A stretch of DNA of 62,615 nucleotides, filler included, from Globobulimina sp. (lineage: Eukaryota), in the NCBI GenBank assembly GCA_003354225.1. It is 15 parts of 15 records of this genome, joined end to end, with 100 filler letters (N's around TTAATTAATTAA, not from the genome) between each part and the next. Parts side by side here need not be neighbours in the genome. Positions count along the whole stretch, not along the records: positions 46,005 to 50,082 come from PIVH01001643.1; positions 50,183 to 54,260 come from PIVH01001644.1; positions 54,361 to 58,438 come from PIVH01001645.1; 12 more parts are not named here. One strand, given 5' to 3'. The notes under the pieces were generated by a model, which was given only the letters and a program-made list of their open reading frames with translations, was not told the origin of the DNA and did no database searches. The translations under genes and the position numbers were made by a program. Below, piece by piece: positions 47,551 to 58,438 of this stretch. Position 1 is the stretch's first letter. Every line of letters starts with the position of its first letter.

Positions 47551-47826
47551 ATGCAATGCTTAAAATAAGTGCTGATACTCAAATTTTAATTTATCCCTTG
47601 TACAATTTCAATTTCTTTTTTGGTTCAATTATAGAACGAACACAGAACAAACTCAAGACAATTAGACAAATCTATAGCAAACCGTTTCTAGTATAATTGA
47701 AAAAATGTATACAACTTATCGCCAAACCCCTTTATAGGTGTCACCAAACCGCCTTTGAGCCACAATGAGTAATTATATATTTCATTGACTTTCAATTATA
47801 TACTAACATTTTAAATCAATTATTTG

Positions 47827-50082
47827 CTATTCCTTTAAAGTGCGACAAAAAAAACGATAACAAGAGTTGACACAAACAGTGCTATTATTTATTTGTACTT
47901 TTAATGCTTTTATCTGTTGTATAGATTGAACAATATTAATTTTCATTTCGTTTCTTAATGATTGACAAATTTTAACTAATTGAGACGGACATAAAATAAA
48001 TTTAATCACCCAATTATAATACAATGAATGCAGATCAATTCCAGGATAGCCATATATTACAGACAGCACTGCATTCTTTATATAAAACACTAGTTTATCG
48101 TCAATATATGGCTTATTGTCTGATCCATTCTTTATCCATGGATTACAAATGCAACACTCACTAAATTCACGAATAAATTTAATTCCATGTCTTCTTTTTT
48201 GCAAAGTATTGTAATTTTTATTTTTATTTTTGTTTTTATTTTTTTTTTCATTTTCAATCTGTAAATCGTCATTTAACCATTGATTCGGATCATATATATA
48301 TGGAAAGACACAAAAATATGATAGCTTTGGATTATTTTGTAATAATTTAACCGATGTCAATTTAACTCGATTCCATTCATTCACACATAATATCTCAAAT
48401 CTATTGTACAAATAACGTATATTATATAATAAGTAATTTCGATGATTGACATTTAATTTGTTACATCCAAATTTATCACAAAAATAAGATTCAATTTTTT
48501 TATTACAAAAAAACTGTGATAATGTCATTCCAAACGATATATTTTCATTATTATATGAATCATTTAATATATTTATTAATATATCACATAATTCCGAATC
48601 GTTTTTATTTTCATTTTCGTTTTCATACAATTTGTTTTTATCATCGTCATAAACTCCGAAATATCGACAAAGTCCCTTATATTTTCTGTGTTTTTGTTGG
48701 TTTTTTTGTTTATCCATAAAGGCAATCGCATCTTTATCACTTTTAATCATTACAATTTCGTCATTTTCATCATGTAATATTTGCGTATAACAATCATTGA
48801 TTACATCAAAAGTATCAACATCTACAATGCCATAAACATCTGTTAATGGCATCGGTTTTATGCACCTATTTCCTGCCTCGTTTTCATTTTCATCCAAATC
48901 CATACTTGTCTCTATATTTCCAACCATTGAAATAATTGGAATTGAATTATTATTTTCATCATTTAAACCAAATGGATCGCGCATTATATCCTTACTCATC
49001 GCATGCAATATATTACCAAATGAAAAAACATCCAAACATTCTTTTTCTACGATTTTACTGATACTGCACCGTATCTTTCTTTTTTTCTTTTTCTTTCTCT
49101 TTTTCTTTTTGATTGATTGAGTAATTGGTAATGTTAACGGTGGTTTCTCTAAAAATGAGTAAAGCGCCGCAGGTAAATCGTATCTCGGTAGTCTTGAATA
49201 ATACGTCCGTTCCCGCACAATAAAATATTGCCCATTAAACAGAGCTTGTCTCATATTTTGAGCTTGTACCTCGTTGAAATTATCAAAGATCAATGCTTGA
49301 TACAAATTGGCATAATGTTGAGTGATATGCTCGCTATGTCCCGATATAAAGTTCATGCGATATATACTCAACAATGATGTGTATAATGTGGAATGCATAC
49401 ATAATTCCTCTAATTCATCAAACTTTTTGTTATTATTATTATTATATTCATTAAATCTAAAATTATGCTCATCCGAATGATCCGATTTGTTTTTTATAGC
49501 TCTCCATCGCCTCGAAATCTGTGCATTTGTTCGATGTAATCTCTGTCTCAATTCTTGATATGCGTATATTAAAAATTTCGAGTGATCAATCATTACATTC
49601 CTATCATTCATACCATTCATTTCACAGATTTTATTTTTGTATTTGGTAAAGCATTCAAGTAAGGTTAGGTCCTCTTGTTTGGTCCATTTTAAATTCAAAC
49701 GAAATAATTCTTTTTCCTTTTCCTTTTCCTTCTCTTTGTCCGCAATTAATTGTTTATTTGTGTCCGTTGCCATCGATGCCGATGATCCAAATTTAAATTT
49801 TATCGTTGATTTATTCTTTTTATGCGCTTCTCCATTCATTGCAACATCCGTTTCTGTGTTAACTTTATTTTTATTTTCCTTTTCCATCCGTTGTTTAATA
49901 TATTGGTTGGAAGCTTTTTCGTATACAAAAGTAAAGCGTAAATATTCATAATTATGTCGTAAAAATGGATATTTAGTATATGCTAAAAACGATAACATTT
50001 TCTCTAACGAGACATGGATGGATTTAGCAAAAACACGCATTGTATCATACAATTGTTTTGTGTCAATATTTGTATAAGTCTT
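47827..50082 (-). CDS. Large nuclear protein, probably the C-terminal part of the TFIIIC B-block-binding subunit (5'-truncated)
   Basis: Myb-like WTKQEDLTLL; the C-terminal PWI..G......V.......VL..I...PGI resembles TFIIIC subunit 1 C-termini, as recalled. Confidence 0.5.
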   Translation of the reverse strand, partial: KTYTNIDTKQLYDTMRVFAKSIHVSLEKMLSFLAYTKYPFLRHNYEYLRFTFVYEKASNQYIKQRMEKENKNKVNTETDVAMNGEAHKKNKSTIKFKFGSSASMATDTNKQLIADKEKEKEKEKELFRLNLKWTKQEDLTLLECFTKYKNKICEMNGMNDRNVMIDHSKFLIYAYQELRQRLHRTNAQISRRWRAIKNKSDHSDEHNFRFNEYNNNNNKKFDELEELCMHSTLYTSLLSIYRMNFISGHSEHITQHYANLYQALIFDNFNEVQAQNMRQALFNGQYFIVRERTYYSRLPRYDLPAALYSFLEKPPLTLPITQSIKKKKRKKKKKRKIRCSISKIVEKECLDVFSFGNILHAMSKDIMRDPFGLNDENNNSIPIISMVGNIETSMDLDENENEAGNRCIKPMPLTDVYGIVDVDTFDVINDCYTQILHDENDEIVMIKSDKDAIAFMDKQKNQQKHRKYKGLCRYFGVYDDDKNKLYENENENKNDSELCDILINILNDSYNNENISFGMTLSQFFCNKKIESYFCDKFGCNKLNVNHRNYLLYNIRYLYNRFEILCVNEWNRVKLTSVKLLQNNPKLSYFCVFPYIYDPNQWLNDDLQIENEKKNKNKNKNKNYNTLQKRRHGIKFIREFSECCICNPWIKNGSDNKPYIDDKLVFYIKNAVLSVIYGYPGIDLHSLYYNWVIKFILCPSQLVKICQSLRNEMKINIVQSIQQIKALKVQINNSTVCVNSCYRFFCRTLKE

Positions 50083-50749
50083 NNNNNNNNNNNNNNNNNN
50101 NNNNNNNNNNNNNNNNNNNNNNNNNNTTAATTAATTAANNNNNNNNNNNNNNNNNNNNNNNNNNNNNNNNNNNNNNNNNNNNATTAAGGTGTCATCATTT
50201 GCTCCAATTCCGTTATAAATTTCACACAGTCATTGATTAAGCCATATATAACCAGTGATATTCTGCATTCCGTTCGCCATTTCCTATCCATATTCTATAC
50301 CATAAATAATATTACTGTAAATATTACATAAATGTAATCCACCGTACAATTCCAAACACATTGTGATACAGATATTATCATATGGTATCACCAGTACTTG
50401 TAATAATATAAAAAGTATATTTGTGTCTATTCCATTTGCTTTTCTTTCATAAAAATTGCATATTGCCTTTGTTCAATGCATTTAACACAAGCAAATTGCC
50501 ATATTCATTTGAATTACCATATGCAAAGTTGATGATTATATCAGATTGAAAGCAGTTGGATATATCAGATTGCTTTCGTTTGGTCTGACAGGAGTGCCCC
50601 AGTTAATGTGTTTGGAATTGTACGGCAGAATATCACTGTTCAGCAGTTTAAAAATCCTCTTTTACAAAAAAACAAAACAAAACAAAAACAAATATTTTGA
50701 ACAGATTATTTATGGTCTAAACCATGTGTAATATTATCAGTACAAAATA

Positions 50750-50812
50750 AATGTTGGGATTTGAACCCAAATCACCAGTGAACTGGGTGCTCTTTTTGAG
50801 CTACATTATTAA
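50750..50812 (-). ncRNA. tRNA-like element (degenerate tRNA or tRNA-derived SINE head)
   Basis: A-box-like TAGCTCAAAAAGAGCA, a perfect T-arm TTGGG-TTCAAAT-CCCAA, a short CCAG-TTCA-CTGG hairpin, and flanking TATTTTGT direct repeats. Confidence 0.5.
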
Positions 50813-53800
50813 ACAAAATATTAATTGCGACAAATAATCGATAGCATCTTCGTGATCTGACGCATATTTTAGTGACAAAAAACATTTCGTAGCAGTTTCG
50901 CCGTTAAAGGTATCGTTCCATACATCACCATTTGAATCGGTATACGATGACAACGGCACATTGAAAAACAAAGATTTAGCTACATTTATCAGCGTAATAT
51001 GTATCAAATTGTCACTTTGCATATATTCGATATCTGCCAATGATTGAATATTAACACTCTTCTTTTCTATGCTTAATATTTTGGTGCCGTCCGACAATGC
51101 GGAGATGCCACATTCTTTTGCTTCAATTTGCGAGTTTTCCGCCGAACTAAAATTATTGAATAATAGCTGCTGTTGCTGATCAAATTTGTTTTGTTCGAGT
51201 TGGTCAATTTGCTGCAACAACACGTCCTGTTTATTGATCTCTTCCTGCGAAGCGGCGAAAAACATATCAAAAAACACAGCGAGCAAATAATTGACCACCA
51301 ATATGGGCCCAGCTATGAAAAACAGCAAAAAGTAAATCGACACAAAATAGCTGTCCGTGATCTCAATCGCTTGATACATGATAATATGCCAATTGTTGGT
51401 GGTTAGTATTTGGAACAAAGTGATCATCGTCGCATTGGCATCACAAAATAGTGCATACGTATTTTGTTCCAGCTGTTTCAATCCATTGCACCTTATCTGT
51501 CCCCATTGGCTCTCATCGTGCCAATCATAAAATAATTCCATGCCAACCACAGTGAATATGTACAATAATCCGACGAATAAATAGAAGCAAATGCGCAGAA
51601 ACACGGGTATCATATAAATGACTGTCTGCGTCAATGTGTTGGTGACTGACGATTTTAAAAAAGTGAACCGTTGCCGCAAAAAGGAAGCCATCACCAATAT
51701 GCGCGAAATGCCAATGAACCGCAAGCCGGATAAATAGTTATCGTCCTTTGGCAAAGACGCAATGCCAACAATGGTGCCGAGGGACTGTATCATTGTGATG
51801 ACAAAGTAGATTTTATTTGTGCTAGTTTCGAAATAGCGGTCAAATTTAAATATGATAATATCGATAAAGGTGCTGATTAGGATAAGAATGATGCATATCC
51901 CATCCGTATAAGTGCACAATGTCGGCACATAATGATAGGTCAATAACGAACAGACATCGATGGAGATGATGAATAGTATGAAATTTCTGTAATAGGCAGA
52001 GGTGAATACGGACAATATGTCATAGCCATATTTCGAACCTAATTTCTGGCCTAAACTTTGCAAATATAATTTCAATTCGTCTTCGCGCGAATTTGTCCGT
52101 TTGGAAATGCTAAAATACAGACAATTTATCATCATATCGTTAAACTCGTCCTTTTCAATCTTGCCGTTTTGGTTCGGATCCATTAATTGAAACAACACAT
52201 TGATTTCAAACGTGTTGTACTTTGGTTTCAATTTCCTGATTAGCCGCGAAAACCGATCGAATTCAAAATAGCCCTTTTCGTCATAATCCAGACAATTCCA
52301 TGCCACATTAAGTGCGATCAACTCGCGATGCTCATCGTACACATCGATTTTGCCGATATTCATCAAATACGCGTTGTAGACGCTGGCGGAAAAGAGATTC
52401 ATTAAAAAAAAAGTCGATATCAAGATATAGACTAAAAAATATGAGTAATACACGTGGTTGCTTAGCCACGCCGGCCACAGCAATTCGGGGAAATTCTCGG
52501 CCGTCAACAATACGAATAGACTCATCGAGGAGAGGTAGAAAGTGTGGAACGAGTACCATATATATTCGCCTTCGAGGGCGGTTTCGGGCACAACCTGGTT
52601 TTCCAAGTATTTCTCGTACGTTCCGGCGCCGACAAAAAAGTCTTCCTTGCTGTACACATCCGAGGTATACTGAAATATGTGATATCCAATGCGCGCAAAG
52701 ATGCCCGTTAAGGCCAGGTATAACATAATGATCTCGATGATGGACGGCAGCGTATTGAATAAAATGAAATATTTAATGCGCAAATCGCGTATAAATAACA
52801 TTAGAAAAAAGGGTCTGAGGATACGCCGCATTGAGAAGGAATGGCCTTTTCTGATGCTGGCAATTAACAAATCTGTGAACAAAATGAATAATAATACCAC
52901 GCGCACTTTGTGCAATAAATGGTCCTTAAAAAACCATTTGCGACCAAATGAGTAGAAACGGAGCGAACATTCAATGAATAAGATAATAAATATAAACCAC
53001 TCGCAGATGATCAGAGTGCGGATGTATTCATATTGCGTCGTTTTTGGATCTGTGTCGAAAATGGTGGAGGAGGGCTCAAATTGGATGAAAAATAGCCATA
53101 ATAAACAGGTACAGATTAAAAAATAGCGCACCCATTTTGTATTTAGAAACTTATGCACTTTCTTGGGCAATTTGCCGTTTCTATGCATTTTGAAATCTCT
53201 GCCATGGATGGCGTCGTCCAAAAACATGGACGCTTTCTCAATTAAGTCATTTTCGGTCAATAAATTGCCATATTTATCATGCAATAATTGCTGCTCTGAC
53301 GCAATATTTGTGTTTAGCTCTCGGACGGGTCGAATGTAGGAATCATACGCATCAATATCCCAATACGCCAAATGAACGCCGGATATGTGCCCACACACAG
53401 AATTATTTATGCTTTTATCCAAATTATACATCTCATTCTCGCCAAATGCCTGATTTTTAGCATGTTCTCCAATGCAGCCAAATAGCACGAAATAGAAACA
53501 CAAACTGTCATTGTTTGCATCGCCGATGTTTTCGTTGTTTCTTACATACAAATACTTTGTTTTTTGGATCAATGCTCGAAATGTATGATGCCCCGAATAG
53601 ATGACATCGTCGCTGATTATTTCAAACTGTTCGAAATAAGCGATTAAAATATCAATTTCGTGTTTTACTCTGTCATTAATATCTTTTTTCAAGATTTCAA
53701 TAATTTCATTCACGGCGTCATCCGCAATGTCATCCGAATCAACGGCACCTTCGTTGGTTGCATTGGTTGTGCTGTCTTCATCGATAAGTTCCGGGATTTT

Positions 53801-54124
53801 TAATGTTATTACGGCGCTTCCCATTATATTCTGTGAGCCCATCATTGAGCCTTTACCGGGTCGGCTATGTCGATTCTGTCGGAGTCGTTTGTTAGGAATA
53901 GTGACTTCGATGTGTGTTTTTATTGTTGCGTTGTTGTTATTATTTTTGGGCTCAATCACGCCTTGCAATATTTGCCCCATTTCAATAGAATCATTCTCTT
54001 TGCGGTCATTCTTATCCGCTTCTGTTTCTTGTTTTGTTTCTGCTGCAGACTCGGAATGTCTGCTGTTTGATGATACTGTCATACGTAAATTTGATGCTGG
54101 CGGACAGGTTTTAGCTGCCATCAT
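50801..54124 (-). CDS. TPC: Two-pore channel (TPC) with EF-hands, an N-terminal cNMP-binding-like region and a C-terminal DEP-like region
   Basis: Two 6-TM repeats, S4 RRILRP, pores LTAENFP and LTTNNWH, and EF-hands DYDEKGYFEFDRF and DPNQNGKIEKDEF. Confidence 0.88.
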   Translation of the reverse strand: MMAAKTCPPASNLRMTVSSNSRHSESAAETKQETEADKNDRKENDSIEMGQILQGVIEPKNNNNNATIKTHIEVTIPNKRLRQNRHSRPGKGSMMGSQNIMGSAVITLKIPELIDEDSTTNATNEGAVDSDDIADDAVNEIIEILKKDINDRVKHEIDILIAYFEQFEIISDDVIYSGHHTFRALIQKTKYLYVRNNENIGDANNDSLCFYFVLFGCIGEHAKNQAFGENEMYNLDKSINNSVCGHISGVHLAYWDIDAYDSYIRPVRELNTNIASEQQLLHDKYGNLLTENDLIEKASMFLDDAIHGRDFKMHRNGKLPKKVHKFLNTKWVRYFLICTCLLWLFFIQFEPSSTIFDTDPKTTQYEYIRTLIICEWFIFIILFIECSLRFYSFGRKWFFKDHLLHKVRVVLLFILFTDLLIASIRKGHSFSMRRILRPFFLMLFIRDLRIKYFILFNTLPSIIEIIMLYLALTGIFARIGYHIFQYTSDVYSKEDFFVGAGTYEKYLENQVVPETALEGEYIWYSFHTFYLSSMSLFVLLTAENFPELLWPAWLSNHVYYSYFLVYILISTFFLMNLFSASVYNAYLMNIGKIDVYDEHRELIALNVAWNCLDYDEKGYFEFDRFSRLIRKLKPKYNTFEINVLFQLMDPNQNGKIEKDEFNDMMINCLYFSISKRTNSREDELKLYLQSLGQKLGSKYGYDILSVFTSAYYRNFILFIISIDVCSLLTYHYVPTLCTYTDGICIILILISTFIDIIIFKFDRYFETSTNKIYFVITMIQSLGTIVGIASLPKDDNYLSGLRFIGISRILVMASFLRQRFTFLKSSVTNTLTQTVIYMIPVFLRICFYLFVGLLYIFTVVGMELFYDWHDESQWGQIRCNGLKQLEQNTYALFCDANATMITLFQILTTNNWHIIMYQAIEITDSYFVSIYFLLFFIAGPILVVNYLLAVFFDMFFAASQEEINKQDVLLQQIDQLEQNKFDQQQQLLFNNFSSAENSQIEAKECGISALSDGTKILSIEKKSVNIQSLADIEYMQSDNLIHITLINVAKSLFFNVPLSSYTDSNGDVWNDTFNGETATKCFLSLKYASDHEDAIDYLSQLIFCLIM

Positions 54125-54360
54125 TCAAGAAAGTAACAAAGTAATTGTGTTTAAAAGGTTTTCCTTTAAAACACAGACAACACAAAAAGATTGTTTTTAG
54201 GCGCATATTTTGCGGATCAGCAATAGGGGTCTCCGATATGTACTGAATTTTAAAAAACTCNNNNNNNNNNNNNNNNNNNNNNNNNNNNNNNNNNNNNNNN
54301 NNNNTTAATTAATTAANNNNNNNNNNNNNNNNNNNNNNNNNNNNNNNNNNNNNNNNNNNN

Positions 54361-54996
54361 ATTTTTTACGACAATGAAGATGAAGAAGATGGAGATGACC
54401 AATATTTCGACTTAATTGTAAAAATTTATAAATATGGAAAAATGACGCAATATTTATCGAATATGAAAGTGTCAGATACCATAATGGCAAAACAACATTA
54501 TAACACAATTAGATGTTTAGAAATTGGTTTATATGAATTTGGAGATCCATTTTATGCAATGCTTGCATCGTATAAATTACGTGTTGGTCAATTTAATATG
54601 TTTTGTGCTGGGACTGGCATAACGCCAATGTTTCAAATTATTCATTGTATTAATCTCAATAAATACATTGATAATACACAAATATCCCTGTTTTATGCAA
54701 ATCGCACGTATCAAGATATTTTATTATTAGATAAATTAAAACCAATTCAAAAAACAAATCAAAATATAAAAATGTATTTTATTCTTGGTAGAGAGCCCAG
54801 AGTAGCTCACGCAAATAATATTGATATTGATATTGCTAAAATTGGATATATTGACAAAGATTTAATTGTTCAATATGCACATAAAGCATCCAAACAAACT
54901 GTTTCTTTGTTATGTGGTCCTGAGGCATTTATAAAAGCCATGAAAAATTATTTACACCAAATGCAATTTGATGATCAGCATATTTTTGTATTTTAA
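54361..54996 (+). CDS. NADH-cytochrome b5 reductase-like protein (5'-truncated)
   Basis: FDLIVKIY..GKMTQYL, AGTGITPMFQ, LFYANRT and LLCGP motifs. Confidence 0.88.
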   Translation: MFYDNEDEEDGDDQYFDLIVKIYKYGKMTQYLSNMKVSDTIMAKQHYNTIRCLEIGLYEFGDPFYAMLASYKLRVGQFNMFCAGTGITPMFQIIHCINLNKYIDNTQISLFYANRTYQDILLLDKLKPIQKTNQNIKMYFILGREPRVAHANNIDIDIAKIGYIDKDLIVQYAHKASKQTVSLLCGPEAFIKAMKNYLHQMQFDDQHIFVF

Positions 54997-55459
54997 CGTA
55001 TAAAAACAAATTGATGCGGTTCAAACAACCTTATTACATGTACAGCTGTATATATTTTCTTGTTTGGAAGAGCATCAATTCAATTTTTTTATTTGTAAAA
55101 TATTGTATGTCTTTGTGTGAAATCAGTATCGGTGGTGTTTATATCATGCCATCTTTAAACGAAACATTAAACAATTAATCAATTTCTTTTTTTTCCTATT
55201 ATGTGCTATTTATTTATCTTGTTTTGTTTTGTTTCGTTTTTCTTCCGTTTTTCTTCTTCATCCCTCCCTCTTAATACTGTGTCGCTTGTATTAACTCTAT
55301 AATTAATTATTAGTAAATGAAAATATAGATGACCAGTCATTGCAGGAAAACATGCACAAAGAGAAAGTGACGCTGCAGTACGTGAATTGTTAGAGAAAAG
55401 ACTTAACATTCAAAATTTCTAAAAAAAACCCTTATATTTTAGCAGAAAAGATCTAGAAA

Positions 55460-56608
55460 ATGCCAAGAGTAATATATACGGCTAGAAAACATGCCAGGGT
55501 CCGTACTGTGCCGCGCGATGATAAGTATTCGTGGAATGAACCAAAAGCCAAATGTGTAATGATAGGTCGACCAGCTCGTTCATTGGCAAAAGCAAGATCA
55601 CCAAAGCCATTATTTTATCATCCAAAACAATCAAAAAAATCATATTTTATAATTACTCCTTATGTATCAGTGAAAGATGAGTCCACTCATTTTGTTTATA
55701 AATATGACATTGCCGACAATAAATATATTAAATTTGTCAGATATCCGAAAGAATTTGATGTAAATTGGCCGATGCATTTTATTGATTATAATAAAGAAAT
55801 TTTATACATTTTTGATTCAAATATAATCAACAAAACTGCAACAAAATTATTTTGGAAATTAGATCTTATCAATGCATCTTGGACAAAAATACAGATTCCG
55901 ATGCCGCATCGTCGTAGGTTTAAATCACGAGATACGTCAACGTCGACATGTTATTATAATAACAATAATTGGATGAATATTGTTTATATGGTTGTGGATT
56001 CATATGAAACGAGCTTTTTTATGGATTCATTTGATTTTAAAAAGGAACAGTTTGAAACAAAAAAATTAGTTTGGCCGCAACGTACATTAATGAAAGATGG
56101 TTCATATGATTTTCAGCCTCAAGGCGATTGGAAACACTTTGGAATGAAAGATGTAGCAAAATATCAATCTTCTTTTTTTCGTTCTGATTCCGTTGCATTG
56201 ATATTGGCATTTGATTATATTTTAATTAGTGTCCAAAGTGTTTGTTGTGAGACGATTGTGATTTGGTGCTTAGATTTATTTAATGGTAGAAAGAAATGGC
56301 ACAAATCCAACAAACAATTACCATCTTATATGTATGGCCCTCATTGTCGACCACTTCATAGATATTGTATTGGGACAAATAATGGATATTTGCATTTTTT
56401 TCATAAATATTTTTATCATACGAAAATATCATTATTTGATGTGATACCACAAGGTTTAAAACAAGATCATGTTGAGGCATTTAGAAAATTAACATTTGGA
56501 TTGATACGAACTCAAATTGAAGAAAAATATGAATTGAATGTTCCTCATTATTTAAAAACAATGATATTGTGTTATTATACTTTTTTCCATACAAAAATTA
56601 ATTACTAG
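55460..56608 (+). CDS. Divergent beta-propeller/Kelch-like hypothetical protein with a C-terminal G(Y/L)IR module
   Basis: Beta-rich repeats (VYKYDI...KY, ILYIF, IWCLDL...W) and terminal LTFGLIR...VPHYLKTMILCYY. Confidence 0.65.
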   Translation: MPRVIYTARKHARVRTVPRDDKYSWNEPKAKCVMIGRPARSLAKARSPKPLFYHPKQSKKSYFIITPYVSVKDESTHFVYKYDIADNKYIKFVRYPKEFDVNWPMHFIDYNKEILYIFDSNIINKTATKLFWKLDLINASWTKIQIPMPHRRRFKSRDTSTSTCYYNNNNWMNIVYMVVDSYETSFFMDSFDFKKEQFETKKLVWPQRTLMKDGSYDFQPQGDWKHFGMKDVAKYQSSFFRSDSVALILAFDYILISVQSVCCETIVIWCLDLFNGRKKWHKSNKQLPSYMYGPHCRPLHRYCIGTNNGYLHFFHKYFYHTKISLFDVIPQGLKQDHVEAFRKLTFGLIRTQIEEKYELNVPHYLKTMILCYYTFFHTKINY

Positions 56609-56730
56609 TAATTACAAAAATACCTTGCATTGCCTCAAAGGAAATTGAATTCAAGACACAATGAGCAACTTTTTTTGTTGTTAAAAAAATACAAAAGAAA
56701 ACAATAACAACATACTATAAATTGTAACAT

Positions 56731-58438
56731 TTATTTTTTATATTTAAATTGAATAATATGCGTAGTGATAGCGTGATAATCCCGATTTATCACAAAAATC
56801 GTCGGAGAATGGACATTATTCACACAACTTTCATATTGTGTTTTTTTATCTGGCTTATAAGGAATGGAGCTCCCATCCATGTCACGCGAACCAACTGTAT
56901 ATTCTCCAATAATCACCTTACAAACTAACATTACGTATTTCTCATTATCGTCCTCATCATCAGCCTCGCAATATTTTGCCGATTCCGATGCCAAATTACT
57001 AAAATAAGTTCCCTTTCCATACAAATGATGTCTATTAAAATCACGATTAAATCCATTGTTCACTATCTTTGCTATATTGCTAAAAGATGTGCCATGGAAC
57101 AAAACGCGTTCAATCTTATCAATATCCACACCAATCTTAGCCGACAGCTCCTCTTTTTTTGCCGTTAACAATGCGTCGTAAACTACACTTTTTGAGGCAT
57201 TCGCTTTGATTTTTTGTATGGATAATATCAACACTGAATCCTTGGTCAAGGTCTTACTAAACTCATTATAAATATTTCTATCATCGTCACTCATCAATAC
57301 TCGCTCCGATTTATTCACATTTGCTTCTTTTTTTTCATCCTCATTATCCCCATTGTCCTCCACTTTATTTTTGTTTTTGTTTTTATTTTTTGAAAAAAGG
57401 CCACGTAATCGACTCGTCTTTTTTTTGTGTTTAGTATTTGTATTCGCATCATTTGCATTTACATTTGCATCCATATCATTATTTGGGTTATTTTGCTTGA
57501 TTTGATGCGTCTCATCGCCCATAATAATATCCTGTATGTCATTTGGATCCAATTTTATAATTTCTTTTGGTTTATCCTCCTCATTGTCACTATTATTTGC
57601 GGCTAAACTCGCAAACAAACCGCCATAACGATTCGAAAATTGATAATTCTGATGACTGCTCGACGTATTCTTAAATCCTGCGCGATAATTTTGATTATTT
57701 GTTTGTGCTAAATATCAAAATAACTTTTTCAAACTACATTCAACCAAACAACAAAACAAAATAAAAAGCACATCCTTGCACAAAGCACACTTTTTTTTTT
57801 CAGATTCAACTAATTTTCCGATCGACAAATATACAAAAAACATACCATGCGAAGTCCACCCAACATCCATATCATCCTTATTTTTCAGTATCATTTGATA
57901 CTTTCGCACCGTATTCGTGTTGGTATTGGTTTGCGTGGCATTCACAGCATCAATTTTAGTGATATCATACGTCCATTGTCCCCGTTGATGCTGTACCGTT
58001 TGCCCCGTGCCTAATTTTAATAATTTCACCATTAACTCATTACTATCAATACAGCTCCACCCACCTTTACCGTCATTGAAATGCCATACTACCCTTTGCT
58101 GCGTCGTATGGTCATATACGATGCGTCTTAAATCTCTTTGATTGTTGGTGTTGTCATTGGTTTGCGTACATTCATCCATCGAGATCTTACTCACTGTGTA
58201 CGACCATTTACCAAACGTATATTTCATACTTGCATTCAACTGCAAACTATCTAATTTCACAGCAATATTAAAGCCTAAATCTTTCCATTTATTATCATTC
58301 TCCAGAAACTGCCATAAGAATGCATAACGCCCAAAAATGCCCAACCAATTCTGGCTGCCGTGTTGAGTGTAGGTGACTGCCGCAGGTGCAGTGGATGGGG
58401 CTGTGGCTATATATGGTGGTAGCGGTACGAGCAATGCT
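56731..58438 (-). CDS. Tandem WWE-like domains + PARP catalytic domain (mono-ADP-ribosyltransferase type; 5'-truncated); intron 57678..57845
   Basis: WQFLENDNKW and WHFNDGKGGW WWE-like motifs; LFHGT, YGKGTYFS and PTIFVI give an H-Y-I triad. Splicing joins WTSH|GFKNT in frame. Confidence 0.85.

Larger units (their letters stand above)
46169..47761. mobile_element. Non-autonomous DNA transposon carrying a gene (Merlin-like ends)
   Basis: 29-bp TIRs GGCTCAAAGGC(T/G)GTTTGGTGACACCTATA (46169-46197 and 47733-47761, one mismatch) and an 8-bp TSD ACAATGAG (46161-46168 and 47762-47769). Confidence 0.92.

Noticed and set aside
50750-50812. Functional tRNA-Sec or opal suppressor (TCA in the loop)
   Set aside because: The anticodon loop is only 4 nt, there is no long variable arm, and the acceptor stem is imperfect.
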